This document shows, in pieces, positions 39,121 to 51,739 of a DNA stretch of 64,000 nt (the first letter of the stretch is position 1; every line of letters starts with the position of its first letter). Location of the stretch: assembly GCA_051362555.1 (NCBI GenBank), contig CM120640.1, positions 61,730,788 to 61,794,787 on the forward strand, read 5' to 3'. The notes below the pieces were generated by a model, which was not told where the DNA came from, ran no database searches, and worked only from the letters and a program-made list of their open reading frames with translations. This DNA comes from Lingula anatina. Lineage: Eukaryota > Animalia > Brachiopoda. A program made the position numbers and the translations under genes.

Positions 39121-40460
39121 TGACCGGGGGTGTGGCTGTCCCTGGGGATGGTACACGTATATATTACCGTAATTTATTTCATCTCCCCCTAGACCATTCG
39201 AATTAGGAACATGAGTCTTTGGTGCATGGGTGGGCTACATTAGTGTGACTTGGGGTGTGGCCGTCCCTAGGGGGTGGAGTGATTAGTGGTTTGTCAGGCA
39301 ATGAAGCTGATTCCATAGATTGCACTTAAGATTCCTTGCAGAGTTGGACCGACCCAGCTAGTACTACATCCTATGTGTGAATCTGATGGCGGTCTTCGAG
39401 TTAAGAAGGAAGGGGAAATGTAGAGCAAGCAGCAGACAGTACTAAATAACAGACCTTCAGTCGTATTCTTGAATATAGGTCAAGTTAATTAAAACCCATT
39501 CAAGACCCCATACTCTCAGGAATCCTAGGGTCCAAGTCCCAATATTGTTCTTTAACATAAAACACACATGTTTATTACTGCTCTTGGGAAATAAACATTT
39601 TTGATTTTTGTTAAGACACATCAGCAGTTAAACGCTAGGATTCCTGATCGAGTGTGTGGGGCCTTGAATTAGTTTTTAATTGGATTCCCTGACCTATATT
39701 TATGCATATGGCTGGAAGACCATTTAGTTCTGTATGTGCTTCTGCTGTTCTCTACATTTCTCAAGGACCCATGCACATTCATTAAAATGACTGGTTCATC
39801 AATCTCCGTTTCATGTTCATTAAAATTTAAGGGTATAGATGGCAGAAATAAAGTTGTGAAAAATAGAATGAACCCCCCCCCCCCGGGATAGCCACACCTG
39901 AAATATCATACTAACATTCCCGGAAACCTATACATATCCTCAATGGTAAGCTTATCAGCCAGGAAGGTTTCACGTTCTCAACTGTAATGGCGTAAGGGTA
40001 GAAGCACGAATAACGATGTAAAATTTAAAATCAACCTCCCCAGGGACGGCCACACCCAATGTCACAAAAACCCAGAAGGACCCATACACATCCCCAAAGA
40101 CAGATTTTTCAATCCCCATAGCCTTACGTTCCCAGCTTTATTGGTCTAAGGATAGATATAGCAGGAATAACAATGCCAATTAGACTCAACCGCCCCCAGC
40201 CCCCTCCCCCCCCCCCAAAAAAAAAAAAAAAAAAAAAAAAAATCCGAAGTGCCCTTCCAGATTCAAAATAGTATGTAGCCACGTTTCATGTTCCTAGCAT
40301 AAAATACGATGAAAAAATTAGAATAGACCACCCCCAGGGTCGACCACACCCCAAGTCACAATTGAATTCCGAAGAGCCTTTGCAAATGCCTATAATGATA
40401 GGTCTATGAATCCCCGACGTATCAAGTTCCTAACTATGATGGTTTAGGAAGTGACAATGT
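38770..40460. repeat. Foldback-like large imperfect inverted repeat with tandem subrepeats
   Basis: GTGACTTGGGGTGTGGCCGTCCCT units on the left and their reverse complements on the right; core arms about 39417-39530 and 39632-39760; outer limits approximate. Confidence 0.65.
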
Positions 40461-41464
40461 GAAATAGATTATGTATGTATATAATAAATTGTACACCACA
40501 GGGAAAGCTTTACCAATGTAAGCGTACCTAGCCGAGACAACCCCGTCCCCATTCCAATTTTACCTTTATAGAACTTCACACTAGCTATTTATTGACTTAG
40601 AAAAAATTCTGGTTGCAAAATGCGTTCCGGTTGAAAAATTCGTTGTCACGATTTTCTTTGGTTGCAAAATGCGTTGCAGTTGCAAAATGCGGCTCTACAC
40701 CAGTTTTATAAATCCCCAGTATTTCATTCTCCCCATTATCTATCTGGACAGTTGACCGTTTCAAATCATTCAGATTTCAGACTTTCCGACCTAAGCGTTT
40801 TCATTTAGTATATATAGGCCAGGAGGTCAATCTTTTTAAACGACCGAGATATTTTCGAAACATTTATCTTGCATATCAATAGAAAAGCCTATTTTTACAG
40901 CTTGTTATTACAATTCATAACATTTACGTCATAGTTACAAAAAGAGAATACTTCTATAACACGAATAATGGAATAGACGGTTTGTTAAGGATATTAATGT
41001 ACACCTAATGTGGAGCAAAATTAAAACCTCTCTGCCTAGTAGAGTTCTCTACCTACAGTGGAAAGACATACATTCTTGCTACTGTGTACTAGCCACATCT
41101 ATAAACCTGCGCCGCCAATCAAATCACACATGGTCAGTTTTATGCCCTAGTTTAGAGGCAGGCAATGTGTTTATTTATACACTTCGTTTGTCTTATACAT
41201 CTAGTGCCTTAGACCCGCCATGATTCAACGTCCAAATATTGTCAGTTTTTAATCGTCCTGAAATCTGAAAAATCTCAAAACTAAATGGGTAAAACAAAAA
41301 AATAGCTTTATGCTTTCCGTCACTGGACTGGAGCTCTTGAAATAAAGTACATTATTTATAGAAGTTAATCTCACGGGTATCTACGAGAACATCTGAAAAT
41401 AACAGCTTCATTAAACTCCAACGAGATAAAATACGCACTATCATGAGAGTGAGTAATGTTACTC

Positions 41465-41513
<49 letters not shown>

Positions 41514-42330
41514 CATTTCAAATACACGCGTCACTCTGGAAATCATGGTCTAGAATGAAACTTCATATCGACCTTTACGCCTAATTTCCACATCCAACCA
41601 GAACTGAAACATGTTTGGATACAATGTACCATGAAGTGGTAATATACTACGAAGTCTCCTAAGGGTCCTTATTTTTTAACCAATGAAGTCGCCTTCTATC
41701 ACGAAGTAGTAATTCTTATCCTATGAAGTGGTAATATACCATGAAGTATCTTAACACACGTCTTTTAAAGCGATACCCCACCAGTGCTTGAACTGAGTAG
41801 TGATGTTTCGCTATGAATGACGAAATATGAAAGCTACACGACCGTGCCGCAATCAGTCTGTACCAAACAAAGCCTTTCCTTGTTGTTATTATATTGGATT
41901 AATAACAATGTGCTTTTTTTTTCTCCGTTCAAAGTGGTTTGTGAGACATAGACGCCTCTTTGCAACCCCACAAACGAAAATACGTGCACTTTTTTGTTTT
42001 GATATTTATTTTTATGCTATAACATTACGTAATTTTAATTGATGTAACATTATTTAATGCTATATAATAACTAACACCATTTTTTACTAGAGGGACCTTT
42101 CAATAAAAGCAGCCGCTATCGGCCAAATTTCGAACACTACATTTGTGTTTTTCCTTTATTTATTCTTTCGCTTGGGTTAATGAGGAGACAAATACATTTT
42201 CTTGTGATGCATTCCATAAAAATCCTCAGTACGTCTTACAGAATATCTAAAATTCCTTAAATCACTGGTGATTAAACAATTGATTTAGTAACACTGGCAT
42301 TTATAAAAACCAAAATCTCAATACGCAGTA

Positions 42331-42821
42331 CAGGGCCGTAGCCTGAGCAAAATGCCAGGGGGGGGGGGCAGTAAGCGGACACGAGGGGGCGAGGGTTTGG
42401 TAGGGGGTGTCCCCCTCCCACGGTGTGGAACATTTTTAAAAACTGTATGTATAATACTGCATTCTGGTGCACTTTAACTGTTATTTATTGCTCAATCAGA
42501 AGTCAGAAATTGTGTGTTCATTTTGCCATAAGTACAGTCATTTTTTCAACACAACACGCCAATTGGCCTGGGGGATAGCTCCCTAAGGGAGGGTGAGCTT
42601 TTTGGCATGAAGTGAGTTGGCTAAAAACAGTACACCTTTGTAAACAGATTGTTGAATGATTGTCTAGTGGCCATGAGTGCATTTTCTCACGTACAGAATT
42701 GATACCAACTTTGCAATTTTTTTTTTTACCTTTGCGATTATTTTTTTTTTGCACCTCAAATCCCAGGGGGGGGCAACTGCCCCCCCCTGCCCCCCCCCCC
42801 CCCCCGGAGGCTACGGCCCTG
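42331..42821. mobile_element. MITE with CAGGGCCGTAGCC TIRs and CAGTA 5-bp TSD
   Basis: CAGGGCCGTAGCCT at left, AGGCTACGGCCCTG at right, CAGTA on both flanks. Confidence 0.85.
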
Positions 42822-43341
42822 CAGTATAACTGGGTAAAATAGATCCCTATTGTTTTAAGATACTCATACATTTGACCTTTGTACACGTAGACATCTTTAT
42901 GTAAGTTTTCAATTAAGCTTTTTCAACATTTGCCTATCATGTTAATGTATAATTAAGGTTTGATTTCCACCCATTCGTGCTGCAACATATTCTATTTTTA
43001 GTTTCACGACACTTTACTTTCTTCATTTATCATTCCTAACTTAAAATAAAATTTCTTCTAATCGCTGTTAATTATTTTATCACTGTTATGTTAGCCAAAA
43101 ACTAAGTTGACATTGGAGTTTGTCAAGAGGCACATTTTTAGTAAACTAAACTGCATCCTATGTCTAGCTCTTATAGGTATGAGAAATATCTCAAGTAAAC
43201 TAGTGACCGGAGACTATAAGACTTGAAAAAGCGTGCTAAATATAAGTTAGAACATTGCTTGATCGAGTCGGACCATAGCGACTCATTAATTACCAATATA
43301 AACATTTAGATGAAAGCGGCCGTTGAAGTGCTGTTTTTGAA

Positions 43342-44570
43342 ATGAGCAGTGAAGAAGAAGAGGACCGTATTGTCAAGGTACCGGATGGCAATGGACACAC
43401 TATTACCACAAAGGACGTGGATGGATTATATAACCTGCCACCGTTCCCAAGGCTCACGACACGCATGCACAACTTGAAGAACTTCCAGGCCAGGGAAACT
43501 GATGTTGTCGTGTGTGCTTTTCTTAAATGTGGTCAGTACACCTACCGGTATTTCAAAGTGGGCCTACAAACTACATCTTTCTAAATAGTGTGCAGGGCAG
43601 AGAGAGAGAGATAGAAAGAGATAATTTTACCATTAGATATTCATAGATACGTGCACTTCTCCATCTAGTCGTATGCAGTGCACGCCTATCTGTTATGTGG
43701 TCCTGTGTTGAGATGTATATGTAAGATCCGTATGTATAAGGTTGGTAACTAGGCTTATGTAATCATTCAGGCACTGACCCTAGCCGATAGCAATCATGAC
43801 CGTTGAGGGTAAGACCTACTTTTTCCACTGAGCTATATAGATATAGCTATATACCGGGGTATATAGACCCTTGCTTGTTTTGACCTCCCTCCACAAAGAA
43901 AGAAAGACCCTTGTTTATAGTACATTACTTCAGTAGGACTTAAACATTGAGAGTATTCATTCCTTAGCTTTGTCAAATTTTAATCTTAAATATGATTTTC
44001 ACTCCTCATACCGTTGCTTAAACTAATAAAGTTCAATATTGTTGACCCGATCGTCCCGCAGTTTAACGGCTGTGTTATTATGTAAGAGATTTATCTATAA
44101 GGAGCATCCGCGCTCGACGTCCCAAATAGATTTTAACCTTAATCAGACCAAGAATTTTAAAACTCCTTGAGAGGACAAAGTGTAAAAAATTTAACACACT
44201 TTATATATTAAAATATATAAATCGCCGTTTTTAACGTCTATCTACGAAGAGTTATTCTTTTTGACAGATAAATGCCATGAACTAATATCGCCAAAAATAA
44301 TCTATTTTATCATCTCCTCACGTATCTCGCCACTTGTTAATCATCTTGGCACAGTTTTAATATCGCACAACCAGTGCTCGAATGTTTGCGGCATTCGAAA
44401 ACCCCACGCTTACACTCATTCTCAATATATAGGTCCATTTAACATTTTTATTTCATTAAAAGTAAGCTAGCGGAATAATTGTTTGTCCAAGCGGAATTTT
44501 ACTAACATCAGTCTAGCAATTTAAAAAACAAAAATTAATAATAATAAATGCTAGAGTAATCTATTATCGC

Positions 44571-44611
<41 letters not shown>

Positions 44612-47154
44612 AACGACCTTAATTAAAAACCTTTGTTACTGTCGCTTGCAGTGCCATTTTTCCATTTCTACTTTCTCCCTATTCCAGGCACTCATTGGTT
44701 GTGGGAAGTGGTGTCCATGATTATTCACGGCGGGGAAGCCCGCCTATCTGACGAACCTAAGGAGCACTATTTCTTAGAAATGGTCGACATTTCCGCCCTA
44801 GACAAGTCGCCATCCCCACGAGTGCTCAATACTCATCTTCCAGTGGATTGGATACCCCCAGAGATTTTCAAGAAAAAATGTAAAATCGTGAAAATTTTCA
44901 GAAATCCCAAAGATGCGTACACGTCTCTGTATTATCATTTGAAGGGTTTAGCTACACGAGAGTACACGGGCACGTGGGATGGTTACTTTGAACTGATGAT
45001 GAAGATGGAGTCCAAACCCGGTGTCAGGGGTAAATGTCTTTTCCAGGTGTGACAGAAATGATAGTCCTAGGAATGGAAGCCCGGGTCCGATATGATAAGT
45101 ACAGGTTAGGGTTAGTCGGAGTATTGGGGTGACAGGGGCGGATCCAGGTTTATTTGAAGTGGGGGGGGGGGGGGTCTGCGGATACGAAGCTGACCCCCCC
45201 CCCCCCCGTTTTAGTATTTTAGAGGGCGAACGGTGCCATTTGGTACCGAAGGGGGGGGGGAGTCAGGACCCCCCTGACCTCCCTCTAAATCCGCCACTGG
45301 GTTAGTATATGGGACGTATGTCACCTGCACAAAGTAATAGGGGAAGGACTGCGGTTCTTAGCTGACTACCATTCCTGTCACACCTGTTTGATAAAAAATC
45401 TATATATTTTTACTGAAGTGTGTAATTTGGCAGGCACGTCCTTCCTTCCTTCCTCAGAGATTTAAGCGACACATTTTTTTAACATCGTACTTTTATTTAG
45501 AAATTGGGCAACTAATTCGTTTTTTCCGTAACGGTGCGATATACATGTATATTTATAATTGCATATAAAAGTTAATCTAACTAACGGTCATTTACTGAAG
45601 ATATTGTTTTGATTTGTAGATGTTGATAATATTTCCCGTTGGTTTCAGATTATACCAATTGGTTTGAATTTGCTCATGAATGGTGGAAATACTCTAAAAC
45701 GGATTCCAGTGTCCTTACTATCATGTATGAGGAAATGAAGAGGGTGCGTGGGTTTCTTTTAAACTGTCTATTAAATAATCATAAAAGAAAATTATCAAAG
45801 AAAAGCCGAAATATTTTCATACCGTTAGCTTACGGCCACCTGGGTAGATGTTGACACTCACTGACCGCTAGGTGGTATAGCGGGCAGGACCCCCTTATAA
45901 ATGTCATGACATACCAGGGCTCCGTATCTCGAAAGGTTCGCTATGTTGCGCACGTGCAAGTGCGTCTCGATTTCGTGGCCCCGTATCTCGAAATAGAATC
46001 GGTTATGGAATCGAGGCACTAACGTACGTGCGCAACATAGCGAACCTTTCGAGATACGGAGCCCCGCCACCTAGCGATCAGTGAGTGTCAACGTCCACTC
46101 ACATCAGTCTGAAGGCCTTCGCCCAGGTTGGCCGTAAGCTAACCAGGGACGGATCCAGAGATATTTTCTGACAGTCTTCCAAATTATCTTTGTTGATCCA
46201 TCCTCCATTTTTGACCGTCTTCCGACAAAAAACATTAGATGCCCGACAATGTAAACTTGAAAATCTGACCGTCTTCCGGAAGACCCAGAAGACGGCCTAA
46301 ATCCGCCCCTGCTAACGGTATAAAAATATTTCGGCATGTGTTTGATAATTTTCATTTATGATCCAACTACCAACTAATGAACATTTTTGCTCATTTGTCT
46401 ATTAAATTATTATTACGCAGTTTTCCAATGATTGAATCGAAAAAACAATGTCTAAAACACTAAAATGAATGTATATAGAAAAATCATGTCCCCTCACAAA
46501 CCATCTCAGTTTCTTGTCATGATGGGCTCACCATATCCAGCAAAACGTATCGTTCTTGGGGGGAAAGTTGAGCACGTTGTAGATTTCACCGATTAGCTTC
46601 AGCTATGTAAAGGTTTTACATTTTACTTTGGTTGTAAAATGCATTGTAACAAACAATCTGTTTTCCTACAACAAGGACCCTGTAAGCCATGTTCAGAAGA
46701 TATCAGATTTTCTCGGCCAACCTCTGGACCAAGACGTTTGCATGAAAATTGCAAAAGAATGCAGGTTTGAATCCATGCAGGCCAAAAAACACGACTTTTT
46801 AGAGAAGTTTATAGAGAGCTCTGATAAAAACATATGGCGGAAAGGAGCCACTGGCATGTATAGGAAAGGTATCGCAGATGTTTCATGTTATTTAAATTTA
46901 CTTGTACATTACGCGCAGTCGATAAACTCTAGTACATTTTATTTTAAAAATACATATAAAATACACATGCACCTTCAAATTATTGACTCGATCAAATTGT
47001 CAAAACCAGTTTAAACTAAACTGGTTGTGTGGATTTCGTTACAGGTGCTGTTGGAGATTGGAAGAACCATTTCACAGTTTCTCAAAACGAGCGCTTTGAT
47101 GCTTTGATTCGGGAGTGCATGAAAGACTGTGACATGCAGTTGACATATGAGTGA
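43342..47154 (+). CDS. Cytosolic (SULT1-like) sulfotransferase. Exons 43342-43531, 44688-45029, 45649-45743, 46676-46868, 47045-47154
   Basis: DVVVCAFLKCGTHW (5'-PSB loop), PRVLNTHLP (catalytic His), RNPKDAYTSLY (3'-PB), YEEMKRDP, RKGAVGDWKNHFT; in-frame GT-AG junctions (exon 2 donor less certain). Confidence 0.93.
45133..45299. mobile_element. MITE family B copy in a sulfotransferase intron
   Basis: CAGGGGCGGATCC...TAAATCCGCCACTG; flanks GGTGA/GGTTA. Confidence 0.8.
45805..46335. mobile_element. Nested inverted-repeat elements in sulfotransferase intron 3
   Basis: Outer arms GCCGAAATATTTT..TACCGTTAGCTTACGGCCA / TGGCCGTAAGCTAAC..GGTATAAAAATATTTCGGC; middle arms TTGACACTCACTGA.CGCTAGGTGG; inner arms GGGCTCCGTATCTCGAAAGGTTCGCTATGTTGCGCACGT. 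Confidence 0.8.
46144..46311. mobile_element. MITE family A copy (TSD CTAAC), nested in an older inverted repeat
   Basis: Reverse complement of 73-240; CTAAC at 46139-46143 and 46312-46316. Confidence 0.87.
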
Positions 47155-48488
47155 CGTAGTTGTTAATGCAATTAAACAGTCGACATTCATTGTTTTTATC
47201 ATACAAATAAAATCAATTTGAAATGGAGATTTTAATGATATGCCTACGAGAATAGCATTGATAATCGGAAATCCGTTTGATCACACACAAGTTAAAGGTT
47301 ATGTAAAGCGAAAGAATTTACCACAGCATAATACTATTTTTATCAGGCTTGATTTTTTTATAGTAGCAACTTTTTCAGAAGAAAGTCGACAAGCAATTGT
47401 AAAAAGTTTTTAAAAAGAAATACACTAAGAACAAACGTATTTAACAAACGTAATTGTCTCGATACAGTTGTGATTTTAAGTGCAAACTCGTTTTTACTTA
47501 ATAAAATAATTTATTCATACAACTGACATTTTTTCTCTGGTTAAGTCTATAACAATTTTAAGAGACGTAGAAACTGCAATGCTGATGATCTCCTCTAACA
47601 CAATAAGCCATGTTAAAACCTGTGAAAGGAAGATATTTGAAAGTGAGGACGTAGTGGTACGATACAGTGGCCGGTGGACCCGAAGTTGAACAGAAACGAC
47701 AAATGTTTTTACCGCTCAACTGCTCTGTCCTAGTCATACGTGATGGATATTATATGAATGTAGGCCTACATACGTAAACATTCAAGTGTTCACAAAGGTA
47801 GAAAAAATAACTAAATAAATGACAAGTAAATAAACAGATAATCATAATAAGATAACATCTCTGCAGCATTAGCACATCGTTACTCTTTGGATAATGGTTT
47901 TTGTATAAAAAATTAAACTCACAGTAAGCACGATTGGCAACTTAGAATGCTCTTGTTTTCTACTTTTTTTTCTACGTACAATTCTTAGGTCGTACAGTTG
48001 AAAGTTTTATTACATGTACAGTACATTTCTACATAATCTCATCAGTGAAATAAGAGCGTAAAATGTTTCTAAAATTTATACCCAAAGTCGTCCCATGCTG
48101 AATAACGGTATTGGGTTAATCAAATAGACATTTGGGTGACTCTTATTTAAGAGCATTGGGATTTTGTTTTTTTCTGGGAATAGTTGATGCAACATTAGGT
48201 AAATACAAGTACGTATTCTTTATGCTGGACCAAGCGACTGACGCCTTTAGAGGTTAAAAAATGCAAATGCACAACATCCCGTTTGTAACTGTAACTTAAC
48301 GGTTGTGCTTCAATTAGTTGTATGCTTGACGCATTTTAACGTCTCTAATTATTAATTCATGATACATGTACGTATATATAGACACAATATTTACAATAAC
48401 AATACAAAAATAAATTGTATTGCTGAAAATCTTCACCAGTGTAATCCGCAGTACAGCACAGAGAGTTCTTTAAACTTGGATCTTCAAA

Positions 48489-48779
48489 CTATGGAATGAT
48501 CTCAAAGTAATCTCCCCGCCTACATGCTTCCACGTTCTTCCTGACAATGGAGGTGAAAGGAAACACGTCCTTCTTTTCGCGAATAGAATAGACGTTTTCT
48601 TCCCCAGGGAGGGGGTCCAGTATCTGGGCCAGCACTGAGCAGTGATATTCGTCCACAGCCTCGACCCTGGCAAAGCGATGAGCGCCACCTGTAGAGGTCT
48701 CAACAACTACGAACTCATCAGGGACAGCGACGAAGTAGGACGCAACCAGCTCAGGGGGCGGTGGAGGGAGAGGCTCCAT
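48489..48779 (-). CDS. Uncharacterised ~96-aa beta-rich domain exon B, paralogue of 50722-51111
   Basis: GC-rich ORF preceded by a polypyrimidine tract and TAG|ATG; aligns with exon A (PDEFVVVE, FARxEAV, ENxY/F, D..PF..I..K.V.A.RRGD.F). Confidence 0.75.
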   Translation of the reverse strand: MEPLPPPPPELVASYFVAVPDEFVVVETSTGGAHRFARVEAVDEYHCSVLAQILDPLPGEENVYSIREKKDVFPFTSIVRKNVEACRRGDYFEIIP

Positions 48780-50721
48780 CTACAATTGAAAAAAAGAAGA
48801 AATAATGCGTAACCGATGGAATAGAAAAGAATGCCTTTTTTAGTGTTTATAAATATGTAGTTGGCAAACTTAAATTTGTGTATTGCTACATATGCTACGA
48901 GTACCACTAAGCTCACCTTCTAGAAAAAGATTAGTTGGATTATGATAATAGGCAATTGTACGTGTATCTCACTGTGACATTATTGCGTTGGACATGCAAA
49001 GAAAATGACTACGTTACTGTCGGGCCAGCAAGACAGAAGCTTGTTATGTATATACTTATCATCTCTGCTGTTGATGAAATTGATATGACTTTTAATTGTT
49101 ACAATGGCTGATATAATGAAGCGCGGGCAATAAGATAACACCAGTAATGGAAAGTGTTGACATTAATGAGCACCAGACACGGGGAGTAGTTCACAAATTG
49201 ACTTATATGTATCAGTTCATTTAAATTTTAATTACGTGAAATTGTTCAACGATTACATTTTGCTAGGTTTAAAGACGCTTGCTTTTTTGATAAAATACCT
49301 TTTCAAAGATATTAAACTTAAGTTTTCTTCAAAAAACGAATGTACTTTTATGTGCTTTGTAGTTTTTATATATAATATCCTTCTCGAAAGTGTTTCTAGG
49401 CATTTACGAAATCAATGGTCTACACTATCTTAGAAGTAAGTCCTTGGTGAAGGACTGCGTTCACTGAGTGTTTTTCTAGTTCTTCGTGAAATTAATGGTC
49501 TTGATTAGTGGACCCAGTCAATGGACTTGTAGTAACTACCGAGTATCATGCTAACATCGGTGTTACCAATCTTTTACAAGCCAGTGTCATCTTCTTACGA
49601 GACTCATGTTTCTAATCTGCAAATCTGACGACTCTGCTACAACTGTGTAGTTAACTGTCGATGATTTAACTGTTCTTGGTTTATAACTTTTGATTCTAGG
49701 CGTAGATCTACCGGTATATTTGAATCCTTCATGTACATGTAAACTTTCACGTAAAACGAAGTCTCTCTGCCCTAAATATCTGTTTGGACACGCTTAAATA
49801 TTTCTCTGCGAGAATTACAGACAAAATGTTGAGTCACCCGTGTGTCAGAGTGATATATTACGTATGACTGATGAATTCGCCTTGTTTTTTTTAATCATTT
49901 TTGTTATTTATCGTAATGCATGAAACCTTTACTCTGCTGCTACCGGATTATGACTACTACTAACGAAACAAACAGTTTTTTTTTGTCATGCTACATGTAC
50001 TAGTAACTGAAAATAGTTTTTTAGATAAATTTTTCGAACTTTCTTTTTTCTATACGTATGTACGGAATCAGACCAAACTGAAATTACTGACTGTAGTGAT
50101 AGTATAACTGTGTAAGTATCCGCTTATTTCATTAAGAAACGATGAGATTGTTAAAACAATTTATTTTCATTCAGTGGTACATAAAGACGGACAACATTAA
50201 AAAAAAAGAGAACAAGTTTCAAGCAGCATGTATTAAATTGCTCACATTATTGACCTACTACCCTATTTTGAAGAGGGCAAGAACGAGGCCTCTATGTATT
50301 GCACATAATTTAGTTGACGCTTTGAGTTAATACTATAAATAAATTAAAAGAAAATCATAAGCAGCGACAACATCAATACTTTTCATTTTATGTACAGTCA
50401 CCATTGACGCAAAGTGTGCATGACGAGAGGCGTGTTTTATACTCGAGACGGATAATAGACCTTTTATATTGCTCTTGGCACGATATTGTTTCGTAAATGT
50501 CACAAAAGCATCTGCAAACATTCAAAGCACGACGAAACCCACCTCCCCAATATGACATTGGTTCCATTATATTATCAATCTATAACATTTTTATCGGGAT
50601 ATTCTCCCAAAACAAATGATTAAATCACCACAATTAACGTCGGTTTTAAAATTCAGTAGATCTATCAAACTTTCTGTTTGACAAAGCTAGTAACCTGATT
50701 TGGCGTGGAAAGGACTGCGAT

Positions 50722-51111
50722 CTATACTGGAGAGTCTCTTCCGATCAATGCGTCGCTGGTCATTGACATGTTGTCTCCTCGGCTGGGATAGTTCGCTTCG
50801 GACATGTAGTCGGGTATTTCCGGTACTTCCGGTAACACTAACTGGAACTTGTCACCTCTACGCACGGCATCCACTGCCTTGGTGATAATACGCACAAAAG
50901 GCAGAAGATCGACATCATTACTGACTGTGAACAAGTTTTCATCGTTAGAGACGGGGTACAGCATTCTGGCGATGAACCTTTCCTCTCTGTAATTGACAGC
51001 TTCAGCCCGGGCAAATATTTGTTCTCCTTTTGGTCCTTCAACAACGACGAATTCGTCTGGAATACCAACAAACCCTGGTGGAAGTTGTGGGACTCGCGGC
51101 ATAGTGCGCAT
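50722..51111 (-). CDS. Uncharacterised ~129-aa beta-rich domain exon A
   Basis: GC-rich ORF preceded by ttcttttctcccag|ATG; clear protein-level paralogy with 48489-48779. Confidence 0.75.
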   Translation of the reverse strand: MRTMPRVPQLPPGFVGIPDEFVVVEGPKGEQIFARAEAVNYREERFIARMLYPVSNDENLFTVSNDVDLLPFVRIITKAVDAVRRGDKFQLVLPEVPEIPDYMSEANYPSRGDNMSMTSDALIGRDSPV

Positions 51112-51739
51112 CTGGGAGAAAAGAAATTGTTTTTAGAATGTGATGTCAATTGCAAAAATAGAAACATTTTTCAAAAATAGTCTCTGTGCAAAATAAGCAT
51201 TATTTCTGAGTCACTGAGCAAACACATACATGTAGAGCAAGAACATCATTACAATCATTCTGTCACCGACACCACATGGCATCAGCGCGTTTTATTCAGT
51301 TACTCCAAAAACTACGTTTCTATCATTACCCCGTTGTGAAGTTATTCTATTCTATTCTTTCGGCCATACCTGTTATCATGCATGCCGTTCATTTATGTGT
51401 ATAAAAAAGAAATGAGATTGCGGTTACTTACCGCATTTTTTCCCGATGGCTTGGCTAATATAAAAACTGGAGCTGTGTTATCACCTATGGTACCCATCAC
51501 AAACGTGCACCGACTACACCTTGGTTTAGAACTCGCGGAATAGTTTGAAACGCGCTGATGCAATGTTTGCAAGTAATCAAACCGGACACAATCACACAAC
51601 ACGTCACGTTGGAAAACAGCAGAGAGATAAAGAGTTGGTTTCCCTTAATAAATATAAATACATCAAATTTTCAGAGCCTAAGGTTTGAAAAATCGGTTTG
51701 TTAGAATTAACTCAAAAGCAAATCGTAATAAGGTCTAAC

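Noticed and set aside
40610-40700. Three GTTGCAAAATGCG repeats resembling a mini-array
   Set aside because: Irregular spacing in a eukaryotic context; likely transposon subterminal repeats, not CRISPR
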